From positions 100,876,001 to 100,940,000 of the forward strand of contig NC_087436.1 in NCBI RefSeq assembly GCF_036321535.1: a stretch of DNA of 64,000 bases. The letters are read 5' to 3'. This document shows positions 24,326 through 37,960 of the stretch, piece by piece. Each line of letters begins with the position of its first letter. Within the stretch, counting starts at the first letter, position 1. The notes under the pieces were generated by a model. That model saw only the letters and a program-made list of their open reading frames with translations, had not been told where the DNA came from and searched no databases. Both the position numbers and the translations under genes were made by a program. The stretch comes from Camelus dromedarius. Taxonomy: Eukaryota.

Positions 24326-27300
24326 GACTAGATGATTTGTAAAGGCCCTTTCAATAATGATGGTCTATTATTTTAAACACAACAAATAGCTTCAGAGAAA
24401 CATAATCAAATCTCTCTGGAGAATAGAAATGTTACCATTGCTGAGAGATTAGAACCTGATCCAAAACATACCTTATGTTTGTAGCTTTTTCTAATTCATT
24501 TTTTTCCTTTTCCAATGTCTATCCTTACAACATCCTTTGAATTTCATTTATTATATCATACTTAAATCTAAGAAAGATAAAGCTTTGACATTTGCCTTTT
24601 TGTATTTATTTGGAAAAAGATAATCTCATTTCTTAGAGATAGAGAAATATGTATATTTTGGAGTATGTATCTATGGAAAATATTTGTACATTACTTTTCT
24701 TATTTAAAGGGAAACCTTATTCCACATCAACATTGTACCAAACACTTCTCAGAACATGGAATTAGGCAGCTTCTCATAATGTAAAGTATGCAGAAAATGT
24801 GAACACGTGCACGGGGAAAGAATAGTAACTCCATCAGGCAAGAGATTACTGAAACGACCACCGGAATGGAAATCATAGTACTTCACACTGAGCCTGATTA
24901 TAATTTCACAATTCAGCCATTATAAATACTTCTAATTTTTCATTTCCTTTAATCATGCAAGCATTTTAGCTCCACTCTTTAATTATATACATCCAGAATC
25001 TCACTCTCTGCGCTTCTAAGTTGTGAAATTCCTCTTGAGTTGAGTGGAAACTTTATTCATAAATTTGTAAGTGGAATGAAAATTATTATATATTATGGAT
25101 AACTATACATTATATTTTGGTTGAGTAAAACTTCCTGACAATAACGGTGAGAATAATTGGGAGTTAAACGAGGATATAAAGTTGTATCAAAATGTTCAAA
25201 TGTTCAAAATACAGAACATGAATGAATTACTGATTAATAAATTTTGAAAAATCACTGTGAACCCGCATGTTGAATAGGATAACAGAAATAATTAACTTTT
25301 TTTACAATCATCTATTTTCATATTCTTAATCTTATAAAAAGAAATTAAAATTTCTTTCCAAATTTAAAAATATTTTCCTGAATTATTTTTAGATTTTTTA
25401 TAGAAATCCACAAAGAAGTGAAATTCATAAGCATATATATATATATGAAGAGTTTTTTAAAGTCCTTTTTGGGTAAGAAATAAGAAAAACACCAGCAACC
25501 TCAGGAAGTTGCCTTTAGGTTTGGTGACTGGCTATAATAATAGCCTGTCTAGAAATTTTTTCCAGAAAATAGCAGTTTAAAAAAAATGAACTAAGCTAGA
25601 AATGAAAGTTGAAAATTACTAATCAGAATCTCACTGAAAATATTCATTATATTAAGAGATAAACTCTAATCATGTTACTTGTCAGGTGTATTTCATAAAG
25701 ATTTTTTAACTGAACAAGTTTTGTGTTCTTAAACATTGATATATCATAAGTTTCGGGAAAGCAGAAACAAAAATATATATATCTAGATAACACTTTCCAG
25801 AGATATTCTGAAAGGAGACATGGGATTAAATCTTATTTAAGAATTAATCAGTGAATTCAGAACAGAAAATCGTAAAGAAGGAATATGAAAATAGTATTTT
25901 TCTCATCAATTTGTAAACCTTAAAGATTAAAGAACAATCTTCTATATAAAAGTAGGTGTCCAGGTCTAGAGGGAAAAAATATTTTTTTGGCATCCTTGGA
26001 GTACACGTTTACTTTAGTGTAACTGCAAATATTCTTATTGCTTGAATTTCAGTTTTAGTATTTGTTAGCATTTATATTAAAGACAGATGACAGGAATTCC
26101 TTTTTTTCCCCATAAAGTCTTTCAGAACAATGCATACATCTAATGCCTGCACACACCAAGGACTCTCTTCTCGTTACGCACATTTGGCATAAGTGCAATG
26201 ACCTGAATAAACTATAAACTGGCAGGTTACTCCTGAAGGCCACTTCCCAGCCTGCTGACTTGGCTGTTAGCCACTGAAATCAAAGGAGAGGAAGGGGTGA
26301 TGGCTCGTGGTTTGCGTATGTACGCAACTTCTGAGTCAGGTGTTTCTTAATCACATCTTTAAGGGTGATTATTAGGTCAAATTACATTTGACAAGCAGCT
26401 CTAAAATCTTACTAAGTTATCTGGGGCTTGCAAAAGAAAATTAGCTCACTTTGCTCAGCAGAAACGTCTGAACGCTAAAACACTGGGCTTATTAACCGGG
26501 CTGGGTTTTTTTGGTATTTTTCCTTATTGTAAGACTGATAGCTGACAGTTCTCCGTATATCATGTTACTTCTCCATTAGCTAAAATTACTATTCAGGGAA
26601 CATCATTAGGTAGAATTATGGGGGAAAAATGAAAAAATTTATAAGAAGTTTTTGTGAATTGCTTTAAAGAGATCCCCAAGTCAGAAAATAAATCTAAATA
26701 TGTCACTATTCTAAATTTAACTTTAATATTTCAATACTGGGAGTTGAAAATGTAAAAATATAATTACGGTTCAAGCCATTTCTTGCTATTTTATACACAG
26801 CATTTAGTATAGCACCTATCAGTGCTGAGATTAATTTACAATCTTACTCAACTTCACACGTATGTAATGCCAAGAAAAGGGAAAAAAGGAGAAAAATTTT
26901 TCTTGGCATTTTGTATTTTGGTAAAGTAGCCAAAATATCCTTAAATTGTTAAAATAGCAGGGTGGCCTTTAAGAGACATGTATTTTTCTTTTTCTGTATT
27001 TATTACAAATTCTCTTTCTGTTCCTAAAACACATTATATTATGTGCTTTAGAAACTATAACGTTTTACAGTTTAAACTATAGAAATAATGTTTGGAAGAC
27101 ATTATCCAATTATACTTACTGGCATAGTTTTGCCAACTTTTGCCAACAACACAATGTCACTGCAGTGTGGTCATTTTCAGCATGAGAGGTGATGAATGAC
27201 CGGGAACCCGTTTATCTCAAGCAAACAAGTAGTGCTCTTAGCTGTTTTCTGACTGAGTCAGAATTACAAGATAACGTGTCTGAAATAGTCCAAAAATGTA

Positions 27301-27764
27301 GTGCAAATGCACCATATTAGGAAGTAAAAATGGAATACCTAAAGTGTAAGATATTTTGGGTGTTAACATGTGGTATATTGTATCATGGAACTAAAATAAT
27401 TACTGGAGCATAAAACCATAGCTTCATATTATCATTGAAAGCACTGAAGATACTTGAAGCTTTTATTACACTTTAGTAGGTAGGTGGAAAGAACTATGAT
27501 TACTTATTTTTAAAATGTGACTCTCATTGTGAGTTAATCACACTGAAAAGATGGTAGACATGGGTACAGGGATTCTAAGGAAGCAGATGCATTTTTAAAA
27601 AATTCTTTACATTTATGCATTTTAAAGGATTCAGCAATAATGTTTGGATTCTAATTACAATATAGGATGTTCTTTTCCTTGCTAATTTGGAGAATTATGA
27701 CAGATATCCTTGACTCACGTATTTTTCTTTCATAAGCAACAGTTGAAATTATCAACACCATTAA

Positions 27765-27930
27765 ATAATGACTCTTGCTTTCAAGAAGCCTAGAAAGAGA
27801 GAGAAGGCATATACAAATATAATACAAAACAAAATGTATGGCATGTACAAGATATACAGAAAGGCTCAGGGAAAATCAAGAGAAAGTCACTAAACTTTCT
27901 TGAAGTATTTCTTTTATGAATCTGAATTCA
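27765..27930 (-). mobile_element. L2 fragment
   Basis: ctcttgctttcaagaagcctag...aaggcatatacaaatataatacaa resembles the reverse L2 3' region. Confidence 0.4.
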
Positions 27931-28190
27931 CCTAAATAATGATGTGGTTCTTCGTGTCACTTGCAATCTCCTGATAGAAGTATTAACAGGAATTCTTCAA
28001 GTCATATGCACCTCTCAAGATGACCAGAAGACAATGGTCTTTTCTGCTGGATTCCTCTATATAGGTAATAAGAGGGCACTGTCCCCAGGTGATGCTCTAC
28101 CCAGGTTTGAGAGACAAACAGCGTCATGAATACATACGGGTGTACTATGAGTCTAAAAACACATATCAAAAGGTTCTTTTCATGTACAAG

Positions 28191-28393
28191 GTATTACAGT
28201 GGTTGGGAGCACAGGATGTGGAGAAAGAGGGCTAGGTTCAACTCAGTTTACTAACTGAGTGACCTTTGGCCTTTTACTTAAAATTTCTGCCTCAGGTTTC
28301 CTTAAGGAAACAATTGGGGATTGTAATGGCATCTACTCCTTAGAACTGTTACAAGAATTAACAGAGTTAATACGTATAAAGTATTTAAAAGAG
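28191..28393 (+). mobile_element. MIR SINE
   Basis: agtggttgggagcacagg..tggag..ctaggttca..ttactaactgagtgacctt..tctgcctcag..tttcct..gagttaatacgtataaagtattta. Confidence 0.85.
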
Positions 28394-31300
28394 CTCTCTT
28401 ATGTCCCTCCATTAACTAATTATTGACCATCTATTATAAGTTAAAATATTAATTAGTTGTGTCATAATAGCGATGTATGAGGCTCCAGGAAACTGAAGGA
28501 AAATATAGAAATTTCCAAGGTAAATATAAAGCAGAGCATTTGCAGATAATTAGTTTGAATGAAAAAATGTCACAAGATGAAATTTTAAATCAATCAACAT
28601 TTTAGTCCCCTTCACACTGGTTTCCAACTTTTTTCAATGGGTTCAGTTAAGGGAGCCAGAGTCCTTTCATTAAAATCTGTACTTGTATTATATTTCTTCT
28701 GCTGTGTTTTTCACTCTTCCTACCTGCCATTCTGTACCTGTTCCCATTAGCATAGGTCATTTCTACATCAACCACTGTCTATTTCTCGATACTAGGCTGC
28801 TTACCTAAAAAAGATGCAGATTCATATTCAGGCAAGTTTTAGTAAAGGTAATTTTTTAATATACAGAAAAATGTGTCTTTTCTAAGAATACCAGAGCCAA
28901 ATACAAAGTGTAGAATTGTGCCTGAGTTTCACCTTAGGGACACCATTCATTAATCCTCCTGTATAAATCTCCCATTGGATATCACACAGCCACCCTTCTA
29001 TTATCTTTATAAAACACAGTAAGTGACAGGGAACATGATGAATTCTGAGAGTGAATAAAGGTACAGACACCTCACATGATGAGATGATTTTGATCTACCC
29101 ACAGCCGGTTGTTGACATACTGATTTAGAAATTATTCGAACAGAAAGACTCTATTTATTTACTACCAGCATCACAAACCATGCCATGTAATTAATCACAC
29201 CCTGCACTAGCAGTAAGGAAGGCTGCTCCCCACAATACAGTGAACAGTTATTTGCCTCTCTCTTACTTGGCGTTTCTGCAACCCTATTGCGATTTTGTTT
29301 CCAGAAAGACCTCTGTCCCTGCTGTTTGGGGAAATGTATCTATAATGTCTTGATCCAAGAATTTCATATTCAACAGATGGTATTCTTGGCTATGTATTCA
29401 CTGTGGTTTCTCTGAGAAGAACTGAGTGCTTAATATTGCTTGTTCTCTGCCAATCACCTCTTAGCCTACGAGTGAATTTTGATTAAATATGTATTATTCC
29501 TTGTGCTTTGGCTCTTACCCTTCTGGAATTCTGATCTCTAGCTAGCTAGAGTTGCAAAGATACCAGGCATGTTATTGTATGGTCGTGTCTTAAAGAGATG
29601 CCCAAGGCTATATGTTTATATGCATAGATAAGTATAAAATATCTCTATATTTATAGAGACAGAAACATACATGAGACTATCCCTACAAGGATTAATTCTT
29701 CTCTGAAACTGGAATTTTCTCTATACTATTTTTCTCTGTGCACATCACATATACATATACCTGCCTCCAAATTTTGTAAACCCAAACAAGATGCTTATTA
29801 TGCATGATAAGGTAAATAGCATTAAGCACCTCTTTTAGCCTACAAATCCCTGTGTATATAGGTAGTATATCTGTATAACAAAGAGACGGGGTCACAGTGC
29901 TCATATGTTCCAGGGCACACACACATTCACGCTGCAAGCAAAAACAGACTTCTTAAAAATACTTGTGGGAGACTATCATCTGAAAAGTCTTTAGAAAAGC
30001 TATAAATCAAGGATTAGGCTTTTTGCTGCAATTTAATTTATTTACTTAAAACCAAAAAACTGCTTTTTTTTTTTTTCACATGGGTCTGGACCTCAAAAAG
30101 ATGCATGGAAGGAGATGATGGGGACAGCATAGACTTCACAGAAAGCAGGAACTCAAATCTCATTCATTTTTCTGCCTCATCTAACAAGCCTCTATAAGGC
30201 TACAAGAGAAAGATTATGTTTTTCCAGACAAAGCAACTGGATTAACTGATTCAACGCCTTCAGTTTCCTGATGCTTTCCAAGCTGGCAAAATCCACTCTT
30301 TGTCTTTTTCAACTTTTTTTTTTTTTACTTTCTGGCATTCTTTAAAGAGCGTCTTCCTGTTAGGCATTGAATCTGCCATCAACAGATTTGACATGGTCAT
30401 TTGTAGGAAAAAACCCTGCGATTTCTTAGTGAAGAGGAAAGGATGAACAAAAGAATCAGATAAGGAGGATGGCACAAAATGTTTTTGACCTTATGATCAA
30501 TTTTAAAAGTTGCCAAGTCAAGATACTTGTTTAACACGTCTAGCCATCAGTTGCTGAATTAGGAAAGTTGACAAGAATGCCCTACTCTTTAGATGAAACG
30601 CAATGAGTGAATTCAACAACAATGCTAACTTCTCAATAGCCATGCATTTAACTAATTTCACATCAGAATTAAGTTCCTGTCCCTGTAAATGGACCTATCA
30701 TATAGTTTTCAACTTTTAAATATTTCCCTGCAACCTCTCTATATATTCATTATTGGAAATCAAATGTAGCCTTCCTTTCCAGTTATTATTTTATGTTCCC
30801 ATAGTATAGGCAGCTGAACTTCAGTCTTAATATACTCACATCATTATGGGAAGCATAGTGGCATTTCTTAATAATCTGAATCAAAACTGTATATCAAATC
30901 TTTACATCAGATAATATTTATTCTTTGAATATAATAAGTACGATGAACAGAGTCAATAGCACAAGTATTAGGCAGAGCACACTATATGTAGCAAATGATT
31001 ATGTTTTTTCACATTTACTGTTATTTAATTTCTATTTATAACTTTTAAAGACAAAAATATTTATGATAGTAGGCATTTCCTATTTATTATTTTAGCATCA
31101 CTGTCTGAGGCTGGGGAGGAAAGTGTTACAAGCAAAAAATACTGCATTAATGCCCTGCATGTTACTTAGTAAATTAAAGGTAGTCACACTTTGACACAGC
31201 TGACTTCTTTGATGAGGTCAAGGGCTTAGAGAGTCTGTCCCACCCTGTCCCACCACCGAAAAATGAGCATTTTGAAGACAGGTTGGAGTGCTCTTAGAGA

Positions 31301-33574
31301 CACTGCAGTTTCTCTCTTTAATCCTGCTGGAACATTTACAATATCACACGATGTCTCCTTTGAATGTCAAGATTAAGAACGTAATCCTTTAAAATTTAGC
31401 TCGGGCATACATAAAAGTGAAGTTAGGTTTTTCACTTTTTTAAAGGATGGCAGAAAGATAACTCTATCGGTCAGTTTTAAGGAAAAAATGATTTTGAAAA
31501 CAAAACCAAAATTTTAATAAAGTCAAGATTCATTTCAACCTTCTTGCTTTTTAAAAAAAAGCCCTTTCTTATCAGTATCTACCAACTGTCCAGACACCCA
31601 AACTTTCAATTCAATTTAGTTGGATCTAAAAATTTATGAAACATCTGAATTGTGTTAAATATGAATGGACAAATTCTTATTCTACCATATTTTATTCTAT
31701 GCGATTCAGAATAAAACCCATATTTCATAGGGGAAAATAAATATAATTTACAGTATATCATATGCATATTTAGAATATGATTCTCCACATATACTTGTCT
31801 TTTGGTTGTCATAAGTAATAATTTTCACTATGTTTCTTCGCACAAAAAAATTGCTGTAATATTGGACAAAGGTTAGCCCAGAAGTAATGTGGATTCATTT
31901 AAGACTTCTATCTGGAGTCCAAGCCTTTCAAAAGTAGTTCAGTTAATTTCATGTACTATTCCGTGTCTATTTTCTCCAGTTATTGTTAAGTTCATTCTCA
32001 ATTAGAAATCAGAAGGAAGTCAAAAAAAAAAAAAAGTCCTTCTTAAACAAGATTGTTTTATATTTAAGAGGTTTCTCACAAGGCTATCTGATCATTCCGA
32101 CTTTTTTAAGTAAGAAGTTGGGGAATGGGAAAAATGAACCTTGGTAACATTCTTGAGATAAGGTCATGTAATCTCAGCTATCTTGGCCAAAAATCATACG
32201 GAAACCTAAAATAATAATGCTGCAATATTGAAAGAGACAGAAATATGAGTCATTGTAGAGGTACCTCATGGGGACTTTTGGTGAAGTTCTAAGCAAAAGA
32301 AACTTAAGGGCCATATTAAGAAAACGTTATATAATGCTTCCAAATCTATCCAATTTCCACTTATAAAACTGCATATAAAAATGATCAAAATCTGTATACA
32401 TATATGATTATAATTAAATTGCATGGAGAATCTAAGAAATATAAAATGTGGTCAACTTTAGAAATAAATGCTTAATAGGTTAGCTGGTTTGATATTTCCT
32501 TGATTATAGTCCATTTTATTCAGAACCCTAAGTATAAGAAAGTCTGCTTACTATTAAGAAAACACACCCAAAACACACCCAAATGGAATTTGAAAGCAGC
32601 TCTTTTCTCTGGAAATCTGTAGTGTAAATAGATATGTCAACACCAGAAAACTTTTTGAGGTTTTTTTCTTCCTTATTCCAACATATTGCGTGTTATGTAT
32701 GTATTTTAGTTCTGCTTGGTACTATTGCTAAGGCCTGGGGCAAGTTAGTTTACTTTCCTTTTATAGCTTTCTGTGGCTCTGTCTCTTCAAAGATAGATGA
32801 CTTTTGAAAATAGGGCTAAATGCAAATAAGAAGAATTTTACTTTTTCTCTAAAGAACAATCTTATTCTAATTATCATTAACTAGTCATTTACTTAATAGT
32901 GAGTTCCGGTGGTTTCTAATAAATCAAATGATTCAATATTATGGGTTTTAATAGTACTTTGTTAACTCACTAGTACTTTTTCACACTGATTTTTTAAAAA
33001 TCACAGCTGAAAAATATAATTGATGTTTTTTTTTAAGTAATCAAGACATTTTTGACAATTTTCTTATATTCCTTGCACACACTTTTTTTTCTTAATTGAT
33101 TAATCAAGTCTGAGGCAAACAGTGGGTATCCTAGTTGAACACACCTTTCAAAACAAGGCTTAATAATAACTACAGATTTGTAGAAAAAATCAATCAGATG
33201 ACATTTTACAATTCAAACATTTTATTTTCATTTTTGAAGTGCAAGAGGAGCCTTTATCCCATTATATTTAAATGTTTCTAATTATTGGGTAAATGGATGG
33301 CACTCTGAAAGATCTACTAGCTAAATTAAAACATATGTTCTAGGACTGTGCTTTTATGCTATTTAAAGCAAGGGCTTCGGTGGTAACAGGATGGGGGGTT
33401 AAAATTATGTGATGCGTAAGAAAGGACATGGCCCTTGTTACTGACAGTTTACTCTTACTACTGATATTTTCTTTGTACTGCATACTTTTTCTCATCACTT
33501 CATCTTCCCTTTGAAATTATTCCTTTTTCTTCCATTGTGTACCATCCTCTCCTGTGTATCTGGAGTCGCGCCCT

Positions 33575-34713
33575 TCAACTTCAGTAGACTATCACATGGC
33601 ATGAACCCACCCAGATGCATTGGTCTAGAAGTCCAATAACTGACATCTGGGCTCCTCCCAGAGCCACAGTTCACACTCCTGGGCGTGTCTCAACGTGTTC
33701 ATGTACAAGAGTTTTTCCAAGGTCTGTCTAGAAGAATGAATGTCTCACAGGGGTCTGGAATTCTTGAACTTCACTAGCTATTGTCAATTTCTCCCCAAAG
33801 TCTCTATCAGATTATTGTCCAAACAGTTGTTGGTCAAACAGATAGGATGAGAGAAGTTCTATCTCTCCACATCCTCACCATGCTCTTGGCATTGCCAGAT
33901 GTTATCCTTCTTCGGAATCCGACGGTTGTAAAATAGCATTCAGAGGTAGTTTCAATCAACCTTTACTTGATTACTAGTGAGACTGAGCATCTTTTCATGT
34001 TTGTTGGCCATTTGGATATCTTCTCACATCAACTGCTATTTTGTCTATTTTCAAAAATTGCAAATAGCTTGTCACACTCTGTGGCATTCTTTCTTCACTT
34101 TAGTTCATGGTGTCTTCTGTTGTACCGAAGTTTCAAATGTTAATAAAGTCAAGTTTATTAAATACTTCTTTTGTAGTTTGTACTTGTTAAAAATAAATTG
34201 TCCTCATTCAGGAGTCATAATGTTTTCCCATGTGATCTATAAGTTTTACAATTCTATCCTTAAATTTCAGGTCTTTAATCTACGCAGAATTGATTTTGCG
34301 CATTCTGTGAGGTAGAGTTCTTTCTATTGATCCCGAATCCCCAGTTACCCCAGGATCATTTACTGATTACAGTCAATTATTTCCCCTGGCCTTCTCTATT
34401 AATAGCTTTTGTAAATTAATTGCACACACATATATGGATCTATCTTATTGTTTCTAATTCTGTTCCATTTGCTTATTTTATTTAACATTGTGCTAATACC
34501 ATATGCTTAAGTACTCTGGTTTTAAAATTAGTTCTAATGTTAGGTAGAAAAAGTTCTTCCTATCATCAATTTTGTTCTTAAAATTTATCTTGCCAACGTT
34601 TGGACTTTTTAATCCTAAATGAATTTGGAGATTGGCTTGTTAAATTATCTGAAAAGTACACTTAAGATTAAATGCTTTAAATTAAAAAAAAAAAAGATCA
34701 TTAAGAGAATTGG
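33575..34713 (-). mobile_element. Old L1 (L1M-type): ORF2 3' part and 3' UTR
   Basis: ctccacatcctcacca, tgattactagtgagactgagcatcttttcatgtttgttggccatttggatatcttct, tcaggtctttaatc..gaattgatttt, ttctgttccatt are characteristic reverse L1 ORF2 blocks. Confidence 0.85.
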
Positions 34714-35409
34714 TTTGGACTTGGCAGATGTTCAAAGCTGAATCCATTGTAGGATCTTGTGTAAGTTCCACATAAGGACCCTTGCTGGGTTCTGTCCTTC
34801 TGCAACTACCAAGAAATGAGTGACACACCATTTTCTTCCAGCCTCTATATCTGGCCTTGGTCTCCTAGTTTTTCAGGGTGGTGCAGATGTTTACTGCTAA
34901 ATTCCACATTTGACCCTTTTTAGGCAGAAGTAAAACCAGCTACCAGCCAACTCTCTCCTCTTCATGGCTTACATATAATTCCTGGGAAACATTTATGCCC
35001 CTAACCTAATAAACTCTGGGATAAACCTAAATCAGCCTCCTCATTTTAATTCTTTCATCAGAGTAGCTTGTCACCTCTCTTAACTTGTTCTCTAGATTTC
35101 TGTCTAGGACTCAGCCAGTGGACCACGAGCCTTATATATATATATCAAGGTCACATATCAAATTCTCCAAGGAGGGTCATTGAAGGCCTTCTTTTTGGGC
35201 ATCTTGGCATTTAGAACATGCTTTCCTTATCAATTCCACTTTATAGAGGGAGTGAGAAGCACATGTATTATCAGGTCTAATCACAAAAAGCTCTTAAATG
35301 GTCTCTACCTACCCACAACTCCCTTTCAATTATTTTTCATAAACATGTCATGATGAGGAATATTAACAGACAGGAGATAAATTATTTTGAGTGTTTCCTT
35401 TGAAAAATT

Positions 35410-35925
35410 ATAATTTATTTGTCTACTGTTCTCTTTGGTATCTAATATCTGTTGTCTCTGCAATTCATTCTAAACTTCCAATTTAACATCCTTTTATAGA
35501 AGTCTTGCACATTTTTCAATAGATTTTTGCATATATATCACAACATCAATTAATGTGTGTACAGATACAGATAGCATTTCCAATCATTACATTTTCTTCT
35601 TTTCTTGTTTTTGCCTTTTGCACCAAAGACCTCTAATAAGATGTACTGAAGCAGTGATAATGAGCATTTTTGCCTAGTTTCAAATTTTAAAGGCATTCTT
35701 CCAATGTTTCATCACTAAATATAACATTTCATGAGGGTTGGGGAAATACCCTTTTATTCCAAGTTTGCTAAGTTTTTGTTTGACATGAATGAGAGTTGTT
35801 TCATCTGTTGATATGAGTATTATTTTTTCCTTCTTTAATCTTCTAATGTGGTGAATTACATTGTAGATAATCTGTGTAATAATGCTGTGTACCTGATCTC
35901 CCTTTATGTTTGAGATCTTCATAAA
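35410..35925 (-). mobile_element. Continuation of the same old L1: ORF2 reverse-transcriptase relic
   Basis: ORF 35680-35922 reads NVIHHIRRLKKEKIILISTD...KLSKLGIKGYF, matching the L1 ORF2 RT segment NVIHHIN..K.KNHMIISIDAEKAFDKIQ...LNKLGI.G. Confidence 0.85.
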
Positions 35926-37036
35926 ATTAATAGCTATTTAACTCTGTTGAAATGCTGAAAAAGTGCAATTTTGGCTTTTTCCTTTGGCATATGAATAAAC
36001 CTGAGAAAATAAGAATGAAATGTAGCTTTCTCAGTATTTGTTTGAATAAAGTGTAGGGAACTTTATAAGTAAAAAGATTTAAAAGCGATTTAGATGAGAA
36101 AACATCAACACCAGCAGTATATTTTAGTACCATTGTTTTAAATTAAAGTCTCACTTATGTTTTAGGAAAGTAGAAAGAAATAGGTTTCTCTCCTTAAGAT
36201 TTTCCTTTAGAACATTTCCACACGAATGAAATGCATTTCTAAATGTTTTTAATACTAATAGGCCAGAAAAGACAATTAAAGTGGGAACTAAAATGATCCT
36301 TTTTGATAAAGGATGCTACCACAGAAGGTGAAGATATTATATTCTGGATGTAAGTTTAGTTCATGTAAATTAATACACATCAAGAGAGTCGGTAACGTAA
36401 ACTTGATGATGAAGAGGGCAGAGCTGGTCCCTCAGACATACTGTGTGATAATACAAAATTCATTCCACTCTCTTTTAAGAACTTTAAAAACAGCATGGCT
36501 TTCAGACTTCAGACTACACAGGGGCAAGCAAAATAACTGACTCACTGGAATAATATATACATGCCAAGTAGCATTTGCATGCTGCTTAACCTTCGGGAGA
36601 TTATAGAGAAACAAACATCCCTATGAGATCAAAACGTACATTGAGACAGGTGCACCGGTTTCACACCTCCACGAGCGATGCCCGGGTTTGCTGGGAGTAT
36701 TAGGCACCCCTTCAAATGTAACCTTCTGGGATATACAGAGGTAAAATGAAGAAAATTTTAATAGAGAAAGTGAAATTGGGAAGCTGATTCAAAGAATTTA
36801 ATTGAAAGGAGGAGGGAAGCGAGAAGGAAAGAGGGACATTGTGGATTTAAAAAGCTATTGATACATCCCATTCCTCACTGAATGTAATTACAGATGTCAT
36901 CTCCAATGAGACACAACAGGCCCACGTCCAGAGAGTCGGACACTGACCTTTGCCTTCTGCTGTGACAAAGCTAGTGTTACCTAAAAAGGGACTGAGTTGG
37001 CCACTGGCTTTGATATTCCCAAGTCACAATACAGAC

Positions 37037-37130
37037 CTCTGGTTCTCAACCCTGGTGCAGAGGTAAACTACTGTGAGCCTTTAAAACAGCATACATCCCT
37101 CGGACATACAGAATCAGTCTTCTTTTAGGT
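37037..37130. mobile_element. MER5-like hAT MITE fragment
   Basis: TIR-like tggttctcaaccctgg followed by tgagcctttaaaa...gaatcag. Confidence 0.5.
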
Positions 37131-37960
37131 GACACACCTTTTCCTTTAATTTGTGAGGGAAGATACCTTAGAGGTAGAAGCTTAGAATCTGGAGACAACA
37201 AGGCTTACGGGCCAGAGGTCCAAGAGGACCAGGTAGCAGAGCCGGTTCTGTGATCTGTCATTTCCATTTTGGTTTACTCATAATCTCTGGCTGCTTCCAT
37301 CCTGAGTACATTGCTGACCTATAAACAGCACTATAGCATCACTATAATTAGTATGATGCCATGTAAAAGGAGCACTTTCAAGCAAACGCAAAGGTCATGT
37401 TCATGATTACAGAACAGAGCTGAGTAAATCAAAATAAGTCAACAAGAACAAAAAAATGGTCGTTGATGGCAACATATTGTTACAAAGGATGTACAGAACA
37501 AATCCGATATGGTCACTTTTATCCGCATCTGTCTCTGTTTGTAAGAAAGGGTGAGGTCCAGACAGTCATGTAATTTCTTTCATGCAGGCTCCCTTTCAAA
37601 GCCTCTTTTGGTAAAGCCTTAATAAGTACTCTGCAGATGAGAAGGACATGGTTGATTATATGCTGGAGCAGGAGGAGAAGGAGAAAGGCCACTAACATTT
37701 CCTCCTAATTCCTATTAACTTTCCTGGTACGAATGATGAGCCGTGTATCCGCGCGAGTGAATCTCATAAGCAGAGTGGCGTGGCTGGGCTGCCAGACAGA
37801 TGAAACGTTGAACCAAACCAAGGGCCTTATCATTTGCTTGGTGTAGAAAGGACTAAGTTGTACGCTGTTCTTTTCAGCCACACCCCCAAATAGTTGGTAC
37901 CTATTATTAACACCAATCTTTGAAAATAATGATGTAAATATATGGGAAGGCTATATCTGC

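Noticed and set aside
33977..34315. 112-aa ORF
   Set aside because: Antisense reading of a decayed L1 ORF2.
35680..35922. Reverse-transcriptase-like peptide as a novel RT system
   Set aside because: It is a deleted, frameshifted fragment of ordinary L1 ORF2.
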